Source: an uncultured Dyella sp. (lineage in GTDB: Bacteria; Pseudomonadota; Gammaproteobacteria; Xanthomonadales; Rhodanobacteraceae). Taken from it: a stretch of DNA of 64,000 nucleotides. Shown here piece after piece: positions 40,418 through 50,458 of this stretch (position 1 is its first letter; every line of letters begins with the position of its first letter). A program made the position numbers and the translations under genes. Below the pieces are notes generated by a model. It did not search any database, was not told where the DNA came from, and saw nothing but the letters and a program-made list of their open reading frames with translations. The stretch is from positions 3,370 through 67,369 of the forward strand of contig CBJMMB010000004.1 of NCBI GenBank assembly GCA_966430775.1. The letters are read 5' to 3'.

Positions 40418-41154
40418 TGGCACGACAACCCTTGCTTGAAATCGCCGCCGGCTCGCTCGCGTCGGCCCTTGCCGCGCAGGAAGGCGGCGCCGATCGCGTG
40501 GAACTGTGCGGCAGCCTGGCCGAAGGCGGCATCACGCCCTCGTACGGCACGCTGGCGCTGGTGCGCGATCGCGTGCGCATTCCGGTGTACGTGCTGATCC
40601 GACCGCGCGGCGGCGATTTTCTCTACGGCGACGCCGAATTCGAGATCATGCAGCGCGATATCGAAACCTGCGTGCGCGTGGGCCTGGATGGCGTGGTGAT
40701 CGGCGCGCTGGATGCCGACGGCCATGTCGATGCGCGTTGCCGCGAACTGGTGCAGGCGGCCGGCAAGCTGGGCGTGACGTTCCATCGCGCGATCGACGCC
40801 AGCGCGGATTTGAACCGTTCGCTGGAGGACATCATCGCGCTGGGATGCGAGCGCGTGCTCACCTCGGGCGGCGCGGCGAACGCGCTGGCCGGGGCTTCGG
40901 TCATTGCCGGGCTGGCCAAACAGGCCGGCGAGCGGATCGTGGTGATGGCCGGGGCGGGGATTCGCTCGGCCAACCTGGCCGAAGTGGCGAAGCTGACGCA
41001 GGCGCATGATTTCCACGGTTCGGCGCGCGCGGTGCTGCGTTCGGCGATGCGCTATCTCAATCCGGCCTTGCTGGACCTGGCGCCGGATATCGAGCAGAGC
41101 AGTGTGGACGAGGTGCGGGCGATGAAGGCGGCCCTCGCCGCTCTCCCCCCGTAG
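40417..41154 (+). CDS. cutC: CutC-family TIM-barrel protein
   Basis: GGADRVELC..LAEGGITPSYG, IRPRGGDFLY, TFHRAID, RVLTSGG. Confidence 0.92.
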   Translation: MARQPLLEIAAGSLASALAAQEGGADRVELCGSLAEGGITPSYGTLALVRDRVRIPVYVLIRPRGGDFLYGDAEFEIMQRDIETCVRVGLDGVVIGALDADGHVDARCRELVQAAGKLGVTFHRAIDASADLNRSLEDIIALGCERVLTSGGAANALAGASVIAGLAKQAGERIVVMAGAGIRSANLAEVAKLTQAHDFHGSARAVLRSAMRYLNPALLDLAPDIEQSSVDEVRAMKAALAALPP

Positions 41155-41219
41155 GTTGGGGTGCAAACCCCAACGCCTTGATGGGTCATCGCGATGTGAG
41201 GGGCCTCGACCTACGCAAC

Positions 41220-41250
41220 AAAAAAAGCCGGCGTTCCCGCCGGCTTTTTT
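41220..41250. terminator. bidirectional intrinsic terminator between cutC and rpsT
   Basis: AAAAAAAGCCGGCG-TTCC-CGCCGGCTTTTTT. Confidence 0.9.
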
Positions 41251-41270
41251 ACCAACCCTTGCGCCGGGCC

Positions 41271-41534
41271 TTAGGCCAGCTCGTGGATCTTGGCGTTCAG
41301 GCGGCTCTTGTGGCGAGCGGCCTTGTTCTTGTGGATCAGGCCGCGGGCGGCGTAGCGATCCATCACCGGCTGGGCGGCGGCAAAGGCTTCCACGGCGGCA
41401 GCCTTGTCCTTGGCCTCGATGGCCTTGACGACCTTGCGCAGGGCGCTGCGGACCATGGAACGGGCGCTGACGTTGCGCAGGCGGCGCTGCTCGGACTGGC
41501 GCGCGCGCTTCTTCGCGGACTTGATGTTTGCCAA
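41271..41534 (-). CDS. rpsT: 30S ribosomal protein S20 (TTG start)
   Basis: [29 protein letters not shown]. Confidence 0.97.
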   Translation of the reverse strand: MANIKSAKKRARQSEQRRLRNVSARSMVRSALRKVVKAIEAKDKAAAVEAFAAAQPVMDRYAARGLIHKNKAARHKSRLNAKIHELA

Positions 41535-41577
41535 GGTAGAACTCCGGAATGAATACTGGGGCTGGAAAAAGGCGGCA

Positions 41578-41606
41578 ATTATGGCGTCAATTTGCCGGTG
41601 GGTCAA
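41578..41606 (-). promoter_or_regulatory. sigma70 promoter of rpsT
   Basis: Minus strand TTGACC-N17-CATAAT. Confidence 0.7.
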
Positions 41607-41618
41607 GTGGTTGGGATA

Positions 41619-41765
41619 TCCCTTCTCCCCTCCGGGGAGAAGGTGGCCCGAAGGGTCGGATGAGGGGCCAACCTCGCCATTAGCCGCAGCAAGGCTCGCT
41701 TCCATCGTGGCTATCCCGCAAGATTCGCCCCTCACCCCAACCCTCTCCCCGGAGGGGAGAGGGAG
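41619..41765. repeat. REPIN-like doublet related to 32293-32451
   Basis: CCTTCTCCCCTCCGGGGAGAAGG ... CCCTCTCCCCGGAGGGGAGAGGG. Confidence 0.8.
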
Positions 41766-41790
41766 AAGAACCTGAGGACACCACGGCCGC

Positions 41791-43398
41791 ATGAAATCCC
41801 CCAGCATGTTACGCGGGCTGCTCTCCTTCAGCAGCATGACCATGGTGTCGCGTGTGCTGGGGCTGCTCAGGGATATTTCGATCAGCCATGTGTTCGGCGC
41901 CAACGTGGCGACCGATGCATTTTGGGTGGCGTTCCGCATTCCCAACTTCATGCGCCGTATGTTTGCCGAAGGGGCGTTCTCCACCGCCTTCGTGCCGGTG
42001 TTCACGGAGGTGAAGGAGAAGGGCGCGCATGCCGAGTTGAAGGAGCTGATGTCGCGCGTGGCCGGCACGCTTGGTGGTGTGTTGTTGATCGTGGCGGCGC
42101 TGTGCGTGCTGTTCGCGCCGCAGGTGGCGATGGTGTTCACGCCCGGCGCGGTGGACGAGCCGCACAAGTTCTCGCTGACGGTGGCGCTGCTGCGGCTTAC
42201 GTTTCCGTTTCTGATGTTTGTATCGCTGACCGCCTTGGCTGGCGGCGCGCTCAACAGCTTCCATCGCTTCGGCCTGCCGGCGCTGACGCCGGTGATCCTC
42301 AACCTGTGCATGATCGCCGGCGCCTGGTGGCTGTCGCGACGCCTGCAGACGCCGATCCTGGCGCTGGGCTGGGCGGTGCTGGCCGCGGGGGCACTGCAGG
42401 TGCTGTTTCAGTTGCCGGCGTTGCGCCAGCTCGATCTGCTCGCATGGCCCCGCTGGGGTTGGCGCCATCCGCAGGTGCAGCGGATCATGCGGCAGATGCT
42501 GCCGACCTTGTTTGGATCGTCGGTATCGCAGATCAATCTGTTGTTCGACACGGTGATTGCGTCGCTGCTGATTTCCGGTTCGCAGACCTGGCTGTCGCAG
42601 GCCGATCGTTTTCTCGAGTTGCCGCTGGGCGTGTTCGGCGTGGCGCTGGGTACGGTGATATTGCCGTCGCTGTCGCGCCATCACGTGGCGACCGATCACG
42701 AGGGGTTTTCCAAGGCATTGGACTGGGGCCTGCGCACCACGCTGCTGATCGCGGTGCCGGCGATGTTCGGGCTGATGCTGCTGGCGCAGCCGCTGGTCGC
42801 CACGCTGTTCCAGAACGGGCAGTTCCGGCCGTTCGATACGCGCATGGCGACGCTCTCGGTGACGGCGCTGAGTTTCGGCGTGCCGGCGTATGCGCTGGTG
42901 AAGGTGCTGCTGCCGGCGTTCTACGCGCGCAAGGACACACGCACGCCAGTGCGCGCGGGCGTCGCGGCGTTGCTGTCCAACATGCTGCTCAACGGCGTGT
43001 TCCTGCTGTCGCTCTATGCCTGGTGGGCGCCATCCGCGTTGAAGGCGGGGCCGCTGCTGGATGGCCTGTCGAAAGTGCCTGGCCTGCATCTCGCGCTCGG
43101 CATGGCCAGCGCGGTGGCCAGCTATATCAACCTCGCCTTGTTGTGGCGCTGGCTGCGGCGGGCGGATATCTATCAGCAGCAACCGGGGTGGGCGCGTCAC
43201 CTGATGCGGCTGGCGCTGGCCTGTGCGGCGATGGTGACGGTGTTGCTGCTGGGACGCTGGTATTGGCCGGACTGGACACAGCTGCAGACGTTCGGGCGCA
43301 TCTGGCGATTGGCGCTGCTGGTTGGTGGTGGCGGCGCGGTCTATGTCGTGGTGCTGTTCGCCGCGGGATTTCGGCTGCGTGATTTGCAGCACGATTGA
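41791..43398 (+). CDS. murJ: lipid II flippase MurJ (MviN)
   Basis: [57 protein letters not shown]. Confidence 0.96.
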   Translation: MKSPSMLRGLLSFSSMTMVSRVLGLLRDISISHVFGANVATDAFWVAFRIPNFMRRMFAEGAFSTAFVPVFTEVKEKGAHAELKELMSRVAGTLGGVLLIVAALCVLFAPQVAMVFTPGAVDEPHKFSLTVALLRLTFPFLMFVSLTALAGGALNSFHRFGLPALTPVILNLCMIAGAWWLSRRLQTPILALGWAVLAAGALQVLFQLPALRQLDLLAWPRWGWRHPQVQRIMRQMLPTLFGSSVSQINLLFDTVIASLLISGSQTWLSQADRFLELPLGVFGVALGTVILPSLSRHHVATDHEGFSKALDWGLRTTLLIAVPAMFGLMLLAQPLVATLFQNGQFRPFDTRMATLSVTALSFGVPAYALVKVLLPAFYARKDTRTPVRAGVAALLSNMLLNGVFLLSLYAWWAPSALKAGPLLDGLSKVPGLHLALGMASAVASYINLALLWRWLRRADIYQQQPGWARHLMRLALACAAMVTVLLLGRWYWPDWTQLQTFGRIWRLALLVGGGGAVYVVVLFAAGFRLRDLQHD

Positions 43399-43488
43399 GC
43401 GTTTTGCACACAGCGGTGTTGGGGTTTGCACCCCAACCTACGTGGTAGGTGGATCGTCGCGACGGGGGCATCCTTTATACTCGCCCGC

Positions 43489-44457
43489 ATGATGAAACTG
43501 TCCCGGGACGTCGCGGGGCCGTGCCTGGCCCCCGGCGGCAGTGTGGTTGCGGTCGGCGCTTTCGATGGCCTGCACCGCGGCCATCAAGCCTTGCTCAGCG
43601 AAGTGCGCCAGCGTGCGCAGGCGCTCGGCTGCACGCCGGTGGTGGTGAGCTTCGAGCCGCTGCCGCGTGCATATTTCTCGAAAGAACCGGTGCCGCGCCT
43701 GTCCAGCGTGCGTGAAAAGCTGCTGGGCTTCGCCGCCGCCGGCATGACGCGCACGCTGTTGTTGCGTTTCAACCAGGCGCTGACCGCGATGTCGCCCGAA
43801 GATTTCGTGCAGCGCGTGCTGCTCGAGCGGCTCAGCGCACGTGAAGTATGGGTGGGTGCGGATTTCCGCTTCGGTCACAAGCGCGCTGGCGACGTGGCGT
43901 TGCTGGAACGCATGGGCCAGCAGCACGGCTTCAGCGCGCGCACCATGCCGGCTGTGTTGCTGGAGGGCGAGCGCGTCTCGGCCAGCCGCGTGCGCGCCCT
44001 GCTGGCGGCCGGCAATTTCGGCGCGGTTGCGCCCTTGCTGGGCCGGCCGTTCGTGATCGAGGGCAAGGTGGAATACGGCAACCAGCTCGGGCGCGACCTG
44101 GGTTATCCCACCGCCAACATCCACCTGCGCGACCGCGTCACCCCGGTGCACGGCATCTTCGCGGTGCGCGTGGGCCTGGGCGAGGGCGAATGCAGCTGGC
44201 CGGGCGTGGCCAGCCTGGGCACGCGGCCTACCGTCAACGAGGTGGCTGAGCCCCTGCTGGAAGTGCATCTGTTCGACTTCGAAGGCGATCTCTACGGCCA
44301 GCGCATGGCGGTGGAGTTCGTGGCCAAGCTGCGCGACGAGATGAAATTCGACGGCCTCGACGCATTGAAGCAGCAAATGCGGCATGATGAGCGTTCCGCC
44401 CGGGAGATCCTAGGGATGAACCCGGCATTGATCGACGCGAGCAAGGCCGCATCATGA
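43489..44457 (+). CDS. ribF: bifunctional riboflavin kinase / FAD synthetase
   Basis: GAFDGLHRGHQ, GADFRFG, GRDLGYPTAN, GTRPTV, LEVHLFDF. Confidence 0.96.
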   Translation: MMKLSRDVAGPCLAPGGSVVAVGAFDGLHRGHQALLSEVRQRAQALGCTPVVVSFEPLPRAYFSKEPVPRLSSVREKLLGFAAAGMTRTLLLRFNQALTAMSPEDFVQRVLLERLSAREVWVGADFRFGHKRAGDVALLERMGQQHGFSARTMPAVLLEGERVSASRVRALLAAGNFGAVAPLLGRPFVIEGKVEYGNQLGRDLGYPTANIHLRDRVTPVHGIFAVRVGLGEGECSWPGVASLGTRPTVNEVAEPLLEVHLFDFEGDLYGQRMAVEFVAKLRDEMKFDGLDALKQQMRHDERSAREILGMNPALIDASKAAS

Positions 44458-44516
44458 GCAGCATGTCCAGCACGCACACCCCGCCGGCCCTGGCTGCGAC
44501 GATCATTATTATTTGA
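44454..44516 (+). CDS. putative Ile-rich leader peptide MSSMSSTHTPPALAATIIII (candidate ileS attenuator)
   Basis: ATG overlaps the ribF stop (ATGA); ends ATC ATT ATT ATT TGA; 114 nt upstream of ileS, followed by alternative hairpins. Confidence 0.7.
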   Translation: MSSMSSTHTPPALAATIIII

Positions 44517-44630
44517 AGCACCCGCCGAAGCGCGTGCGCTTGCCGCTCGCGCGCGGCGGGCAAGTAGCACGAGGCTTCGGTACCCCTCCCGGCATCGAAG
44601 CGGAACCCCCGTAGACACGGCACCCGAGCG

Positions 44631-47489
44631 ATGACCCAGGATTACAAGAGCACCATCAACCTGCCGCAGACCACCTTCCCGATGCGCGGCGACCTGCCCA
44701 AGCGCGAACCGGGCTGGCTGGCCGAATGGGAAAAGGTGGATCGTTACGCGCAGATCCAGGCCAAGACCCATGGCCGTCCGCTGTTCGTGCTGCACGACGG
44801 CCCGCCCTATGCGAACGGCACCATCCACCTGGGTCACGCGATCAACAAGATCCTGAAAGACGTGGTGGTCAAGTCCAAGCTGCTGGCCGGCTACCACGCG
44901 CCCTACGTGCCGGGCTGGGATTGCCACGGCATGCCGATCGAGATCCAGATCGAAAAACAGTTCGGCAAGAACCTGCCCACCAGCGAGGTGATGAGCAAGG
45001 CGCGCGCCTATGCCAGCGAGCAGATCGCCAAGCAGAAGACCGATTTCAAGCGCCTGGGCGTGCTGGGCGAATGGGATCGTCCCTACCTCACCATGGCGCC
45101 GCAGAACGAAGCGGGCGAAATCCGCGCGCTGGCCGAGCTGTTGCGCAAGGGCTACATCTATCGCGGCCTGAAGCCGGTCAACTGGTGCTTCGACTGCGGC
45201 TCCGCGCTGGCCGAAGCGGAAGTGGAATACGAAGACAAGACCGATATCGCCATCGACGTCGGCTTTGCGTTCGACGATCCGGCGGCGGTAGCCAAAGCGT
45301 TCGGCCTGGAAAAGCTGCCCAAGCCGAACGGCCAGCTGGTGATCTGGACCACCACGCCGTGGACCATTCCCGCCAACCAGGCGCTCAACCTGCATCCGGA
45401 ATTCAGCTACAGCCTGGTCGATACGCCGAAGGGCTTGCTGATCCTCGCCACCGATCGCGTCGAAGAGTGCTTGAAGACGTACGGCGTGGAAGGACACATC
45501 GTCGCGTCGGTGGAAGGCCATGAACTGGGCGACCTGAAATTCCGCCATCCGCTGTATGCGGTCGATCCCGGCTATGCGCGCTTGGCGCCGATCTATTTCG
45601 CCGACTACGTGACGCTCGACAGCGGCACCGGCATCGTGCACTCCGCGCCTGCCTACGGCGTGGAAGACTTCCAGTCGTGCAAGGCGTACGGCATGAAGGA
45701 TGCCGACATCTTGAATCCGGTAATGGGTAATGGCGTCTACGCGTCGTGGCTGCCGCTGTTCGGCGGCATGTTCCTGTGGAAGGCCAATCCCAAGATTGTC
45801 GAAGTGCTGGACCAGGCCGGTTCGCTATTGCATCAAAACAAATACGCGCACAGCTACATGCATTGCTGGCGCCACAAGTCGCCGATCATCTATCGCGCGA
45901 CGTCGCAGTGGTTCGCGGGCATGGACCTCACGCCGAAAGACGGCGGCAAGACGCTGCGCGAAACCGCGCTGGAAGGCGTAGAAGCCACCCAGTTCTTCCC
46001 GGCATGGGGCAAGCAGCGCCTGCACAACATGATCGCCGATCGTCCCGATTGGACGCTCTCGCGCCAGCGCCAGTGGGGCGTGCCGATGGCGTTCTTCGTG
46101 CATCGCGAAACCGGCGAGCTGCATCCGCGCACGCCGGAGTTGCTGGAAGAAGTCGCCAAGCGCGTGGAGCAGCAAGGCATCGAAGCGTGGCAGAGTCTCG
46201 ATCCGGCGGAACTCCTGGGCGCCGATGCCGAGCACTACGAAAAGAATCGCGACACGCTGGACGTGTGGTTCGATTCCGGTACTACGCACTGGCACGTGCT
46301 GCGCGGCTCGCACGCCGACGTGCAGGGTTTCCCCGCCGATCTTTACCTGGAAGGTTCCGACCAGCATCGCGGCTGGTTCCATTCCTCGCTGCTCACCGCA
46401 GCCATGCTCGACGGCAGGCCGCCGTACAAGCAGTTGCTGACGCACGGCTTCACCGTCGATGCGCAGGGCCGCAAGATGTCCAAGTCGCTGGGCAATGGCA
46501 TCGAGCCGCAGGACATCATGAATCGCCTCGGCGCGGACATCTTGCGCCTGTGGGTGGCGTCCACCGATTACCGCTACGAGATGTCCTTGTCGGAGGAAAT
46601 CTTGAAGCGCGTGTCGGACATGTATCGCCGCATCCGCAACACCGCGCGCTTCCTGCTCGGCAATCTGGATGGTTTCGATCCGGCCAGGCACCTGGTGCCG
46701 ATCGAACAGAGCCTGCTGCTCGATCAATGGGCGGTGGGGCAAGCCTACGAGATGCAGCAAACGGTGAAGGCGGCATACGAACGCTACGATTTCCCGGAGA
46801 TCGTGCAGCGCGTGCAGAACTTCTGCACCACCGAGATGGGCGCGTTGTACCTCGACATCACCAAGGACCGCCTGTACACCATGCCGACCGAAAGCCTCGG
46901 CCGGCGCAGCGCGCAGAGTGCGATGTACCGCATCCTGGAAGCGTTGGTGCGCTGGCTGGCGCCGGTGCTCTCGTTCACCGCGGAAGAAATCTGGCAGCAC
47001 ATGCCGGGTGAGCGTGGCGAAAGCGTGCTGTTCGAAACCTGGTACGACGGTTTGCAGAACACGCAAGGCTCGCCGGAGCAGCGCCGCTACTGGGCCGATC
47101 TGCTGGCGATGCGCGATACCGCATCGCGCGTGCTGGAAGATATGCGCAAGGCGGAGAAGATCGGCGCTGCATTGGAGGCGAAACTGGTGCTGCATGCTGA
47201 TCCGGCCACGACCGAACGCTATGCACCTACCGCGGACGAACTGCGCTTCTTCTTCATCACCTCCGAACTGAGCTTTGCGCCGCTGCAACCGCGTCCCGCC
47301 GATGCGGTAGCGTTGCAGTTCGAAGGGGGCGGCGAGGTGTATGTATCGGCGAGCGTCAGCGATGCGGCCAAGTGCGTGCGCTGCTGGCATCGGCGCGAGG
47401 ATGTGGGCAGCAATCCTGCGCATCCGGAGCTGTGCGGTCGTTGCGTAAGCAATGTGGAAGGGCCGGGCGAGAATCGTCGCTGGTTCTAA
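44631..47489 (+). CDS. ileS: isoleucine--tRNA ligase (type 1)
   Basis: [38 protein letters not shown]-terminal zinc finger CVRCW..LCGRC. Confidence 0.98.
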   Translation: MTQDYKSTINLPQTTFPMRGDLPKREPGWLAEWEKVDRYAQIQAKTHGRPLFVLHDGPPYANGTIHLGHAINKILKDVVVKSKLLAGYHAPYVPGWDCHGMPIEIQIEKQFGKNLPTSEVMSKARAYASEQIAKQKTDFKRLGVLGEWDRPYLTMAPQNEAGEIRALAELLRKGYIYRGLKPVNWCFDCGSALAEAEVEYEDKTDIAIDVGFAFDDPAAVAKAFGLEKLPKPNGQLVIWTTTPWTIPANQALNLHPEFSYSLVDTPKGLLILATDRVEECLKTYGVEGHIVASVEGHELGDLKFRHPLYAVDPGYARLAPIYFADYVTLDSGTGIVHSAPAYGVEDFQSCKAYGMKDADILNPVMGNGVYASWLPLFGGMFLWKANPKIVEVLDQAGSLLHQNKYAHSYMHCWRHKSPIIYRATSQWFAGMDLTPKDGGKTLRETALEGVEATQFFPAWGKQRLHNMIADRPDWTLSRQRQWGVPMAFFVHRETGELHPRTPELLEEVAKRVEQQGIEAWQSLDPAELLGADAEHYEKNRDTLDVWFDSGTTHWHVLRGSHADVQGFPADLYLEGSDQHRGWFHSSLLTAAMLDGRPPYKQLLTHGFTVDAQGRKMSKSLGNGIEPQDIMNRLGADILRLWVASTDYRYEMSLSEEILKRVSDMYRRIRNTARFLLGNLDGFDPARHLVPIEQSLLLDQWAVGQAYEMQQTVKAAYERYDFPEIVQRVQNFCTTEMGALYLDITKDRLYTMPTESLGRRSAQSAMYRILEALVRWLAPVLSFTAEEIWQHMPGERGESVLFETWYDGLQNTQGSPEQRRYWADLLAMRDTASRVLEDMRKAEKIGAALEAKLVLHADPATTERYAPTADELRFFFITSELSFAPLQPRPADAVALQFEGGGEVYVSASVSDAAKCVRCWHRREDVGSNPAHPELCGRCVSNVEGPGENRRWF

Positions 47490-47572
47490 TTCTTGCGGTG
47501 AACCAACTCCCTCCCCTGCGAAGTAGGGGAGGGAGCAATATCCGGCATCGTTGTGTGATTTCCGAGAAACCC

Positions 47573-48076
47573 ATGCACCCCAAACCCAACGCACTCCCCT
47601 GGCTGTCGCTCTCCGCACTACTGATCGTGCTCGACCAGCTCACCAAATGGTGGGCGCTCACCGCGCTGCAGCCGCCGGGCATGCCGCACCCGGTGATCCC
47701 GGGTTTCCTCAACTGGAACCTCGCCTTCAACACCGGCGCCGCCTTCAATTTCCTGGCGCAGAGCAGCGGCTGGCAGCGCTGGTTCTTCGTGGTGCTGGCG
47801 GTGGTGATTTCCGCCGCGCTGGTGGTGTGGCTGACGCGCACGCCGCGGCGCGAATGGCGCACGGCCGTGCCGCTGTCGCTGGTGATCGGCGGCGCGCTGG
47901 GCAACTTGATCGATCGGCTGCATGCCTCGCAGGTCACCGATTTTATCCAGGTCTACTACCACGACTGGTACTACCCCACCTTCAACGTGGCCGACTGCGG
48001 CATCTCGGTGGGCGCGGTGCTGCTGATCCTGTTCGGGTTGCGCTCGGGCCAAGCCGGTAGCCACCCGTCAAAGTGA
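47573..48076 (+). CDS. lspA: lipoprotein signal peptidase II
   Basis: LDQLTK, NTGAAF, GGALGNLIDR, VTDFI, FNVAD. Confidence 0.96.
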   Translation: MHPKPNALPWLSLSALLIVLDQLTKWWALTALQPPGMPHPVIPGFLNWNLAFNTGAAFNFLAQSSGWQRWFFVVLAVVISAALVVWLTRTPRREWRTAVPLSLVIGGALGNLIDRLHASQVTDFIQVYYHDWYYPTFNVADCGISVGAVLLILFGLRSGQAGSHPSK

Positions 48077-48106
48077 CCCATTCGGTCGCTGCCGCGCCGT
48101 GACATA

Positions 48107-48122
48107 TGTGATTTGCGTCACA
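48107..48122. promoter_or_regulatory. CRP/Clp-family binding site upstream of pgaABCD
   Basis: Perfect TGTGA-N6-TCACA (TGTGATTTGCGTCACA). Confidence 0.7.
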
Positions 48123-48425
48123 TTGGTGCGCCTGCGCCGCACTCGCGGATACTGCTTGCCGCGGTCTTCAATGGCCGATGAAACAAGGGGTTACAAGGCG
48201 CTTCTGCGCTTTCTCCGACACCATGGTGCGCGCCGCTTCGACCGCGAGCCATCCCGGCCCCATGGCCTGATTCTTGCGTTATTTCCCCTGCAACAAGGGT
48301 GTTCGACGGAGCAGGGGGTAGCGCTTCACCGAACTCGTTGATGGTTACGTCAGACGCGAGGAGCGGCACTGGCGATGGGGAAGTGCGCGCAAACAATGAA
48401 GGTGAGATCGGCAACGCGGGCAGCC

Positions 48426-50456
48426 ATGCTGCGGCGTGCGACCTTGGCGGTGGTGATCACGCTGACCCTGTGCGCGACGTGCAAGGCGGAAAGCGCCCCC
48501 GATCACGACGCCTTGCTGGCGCAGGCCCGCACCGAACGGGCGGCGGGGCATCGCGTGGAAGCGCTGGCGCATTGCCAGGAAGTGCTGGCGCATTGGCCGG
48601 ACGATCGCAACGCGCAATGGCTCGCCATCCAGTTGCTGTCGGAGCTTGGCGGCGCCGCGCGCGCCAGGGAGCTGGCTGCAAAACTTTCCCCGCCGCTCGA
48701 CGCGGCCGAACGCGAACGACTGCAGGCCGATTACGCCTCGCATCAAGTGCGCTGGGCCAGGGGCGTGCCGGCCGATGCCTCGCATCCTTATGCGGACGAT
48801 GACAAGGCCGCCGCCGATATCCAGCGCATCGCGGACGATTCCGCAGCACCGGCGGATGTGCGCCAGCGTGCGCAACGGGATGCGGTGGTGGCGCTCGATC
48901 AAGGCGATCGTGCACAGGAGGCCGCCGCCGCTTACGCGCAACTGAAACAGCAAGGCGCGCACCTGCCGGCCTATGCAGAGCGCGCCGCGGCCGACGCGTT
49001 GCTACAGCAACATCAGCCGCGCGAAGCGATTGCGTTGTACGAAGACAGCATCAAGCAGGATCCAGGCCCTTATCCGCCGGGCGAGGTCGATCCGCGTATC
49101 AGCCTGGCATCGGCCTATTTCGACGCGGGACGCACGCGCGAATCGCTTGCCATGATCGGCAAGCTGGCCGCGGACGAACCGCGCTGGCTGCGCACGCCTG
49201 GCGTCCGAGGCGCCAAGCAGAATCCGCGCAAGGTCGACGCCGACAGCACCGCCATCCAGTTGCATGCAGACGCCGGCCAACTGCAGGGCGCGTATCAGCA
49301 ACTGCTTGCCATGTGCGCCGAAGCCCCCGGCAACGTGGAATTGCGCAGGCAATTGGCGATGACCGAACTCGCGCGCGGCTGGCCGCATCGCGCCGCGCAA
49401 ACCTTGAAGATCGCTGCCACGCTGGAAGACGAGCACGACGCCTCCGCCAACCTCGACGACGCCGACGTGGCCAACGCCATGCACGACTACGCTGGCGCGC
49501 AAGCGGCGCTGGATCGTGCGCAACAACAGGCTGGACGCAGCGGCCGCGTGCAGGATGCGTTGGCGGCGTGGGATCGCCAGCGCGGCTGGCAGTTCGACCT
49601 TACGCACGACAACGGTTGGGGCAGCAGCCCGGACTATGGCGATCGCGATCAGGAAACCGAAGCGACCCTGGCCAGCCCGCTGTTCGGCGATCACTGGCGC
49701 ATCGTCGTGCTGGCGCGCGCGGCATCGGCCGCCTTGCCGGAAGGCTACGTGGCGCGAAACCGCGCCGGCCTCGGTATTCGCGGTTACCTGCCGGATGTGT
49801 CGTTCTATCTGCAAGCCTTGCCTGCAGTGGATCACTACGTGCGGCGCACGGACGTGGAAGCCGGCGCCAACTGGGCGATCAACGATCATTGGTCGGTGGC
49901 GGCCGATTGGGCCAGCGCCGGCGCCGACGTTCCGCTGCGCGCGGAACGCTATGGCATCACCGGCAAGACCTTCAGCAGTGCCGTGCAGTGGCGCGCCAGT
50001 GAACTTACTTCTGCGCGCCTGGCGCTGTACCGCGATCGCTTCAGCGACGGCAACGTGCGCAAGGGCTGGCTGGGCGACTTCGTGCAGCGCCTGCATACCG
50101 CACCGAACCTGACGCTGGATGGCGGCGTGGAAATCGGAGGCTCCACCAACAGCGAAACGAACCGGCCGTATTTCAATCCGTCCCGCGATCGCTCCTATGC
50201 GCTCACCGGCGCCATGCAAAACGTGATCTACCAGTACGACGACCGCGCCTGGAGCGAACGCTTCGACCTCGCCGCCGGCCGCTATGCCGAACGCCACTAC
50301 GCCACCGGCTGGATGGCCAGTGCGCGCTACGGCCAAATCTTCCAGGTACACGCCGGCCTGCGTCTGGGCTGGGGCGTGAGCTGGCGCTGGCAACCCTACG
50401 ACGGCCGGCACGAATCGCGTGTCGTGTTCGACGTGTCCTTGCATTGGGGAGAGTAG
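48426..50456 (+). CDS. pgaA: poly-beta-1,6-GlcNAc export porin PgaA (TPR plus beta-barrel); start uncertain (48375-48426)
   Basis: Signal peptide, helical repeats, ARGWPHRA, PYFNP..D, WQPYDG C-terminus; operon context. Confidence 0.88.
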   Translation: MLRRATLAVVITLTLCATCKAESAPDHDALLAQARTERAAGHRVEALAHCQEVLAHWPDDRNAQWLAIQLLSELGGAARARELAAKLSPPLDAAERERLQADYASHQVRWARGVPADASHPYADDDKAAADIQRIADDSAAPADVRQRAQRDAVVALDQGDRAQEAAAAYAQLKQQGAHLPAYAERAAADALLQQHQPREAIALYEDSIKQDPGPYPPGEVDPRISLASAYFDAGRTRESLAMIGKLAADEPRWLRTPGVRGAKQNPRKVDADSTAIQLHADAGQLQGAYQQLLAMCAEAPGNVELRRQLAMTELARGWPHRAAQTLKIAATLEDEHDASANLDDADVANAMHDYAGAQAALDRAQQQAGRSGRVQDALAAWDRQRGWQFDLTHDNGWGSSPDYGDRDQETEATLASPLFGDHWRIVVLARAASAALPEGYVARNRAGLGIRGYLPDVSFYLQALPAVDHYVRRTDVEAGANWAINDHWSVAADWASAGADVPLRAERYGITGKTFSSAVQWRASELTSARLALYRDRFSDGNVRKGWLGDFVQRLHTAPNLTLDGGVEIGGSTNSETNRPYFNPSRDRSYALTGAMQNVIYQYDDRAWSERFDLAAGRYAERHYATGWMASARYGQIFQVHAGLRLGWGVSWRWQPYDGRHESRVVFDVSLHWGE

Positions 50457-50458
50457 CG

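Noticed and set aside
41271-42311. 346-aa ORF extending rpsT upstream
   Set aside because: The extension crosses the rpsT promoter, a REP element and antisense murJ; the real start is TTG at 41534.
44458-44630. T-box or FMN riboswitch between ribF and ileS
   Set aside because: No T-box core (TGGNACC) or FMN aptamer motifs; the leader-peptide reading explains the region better.
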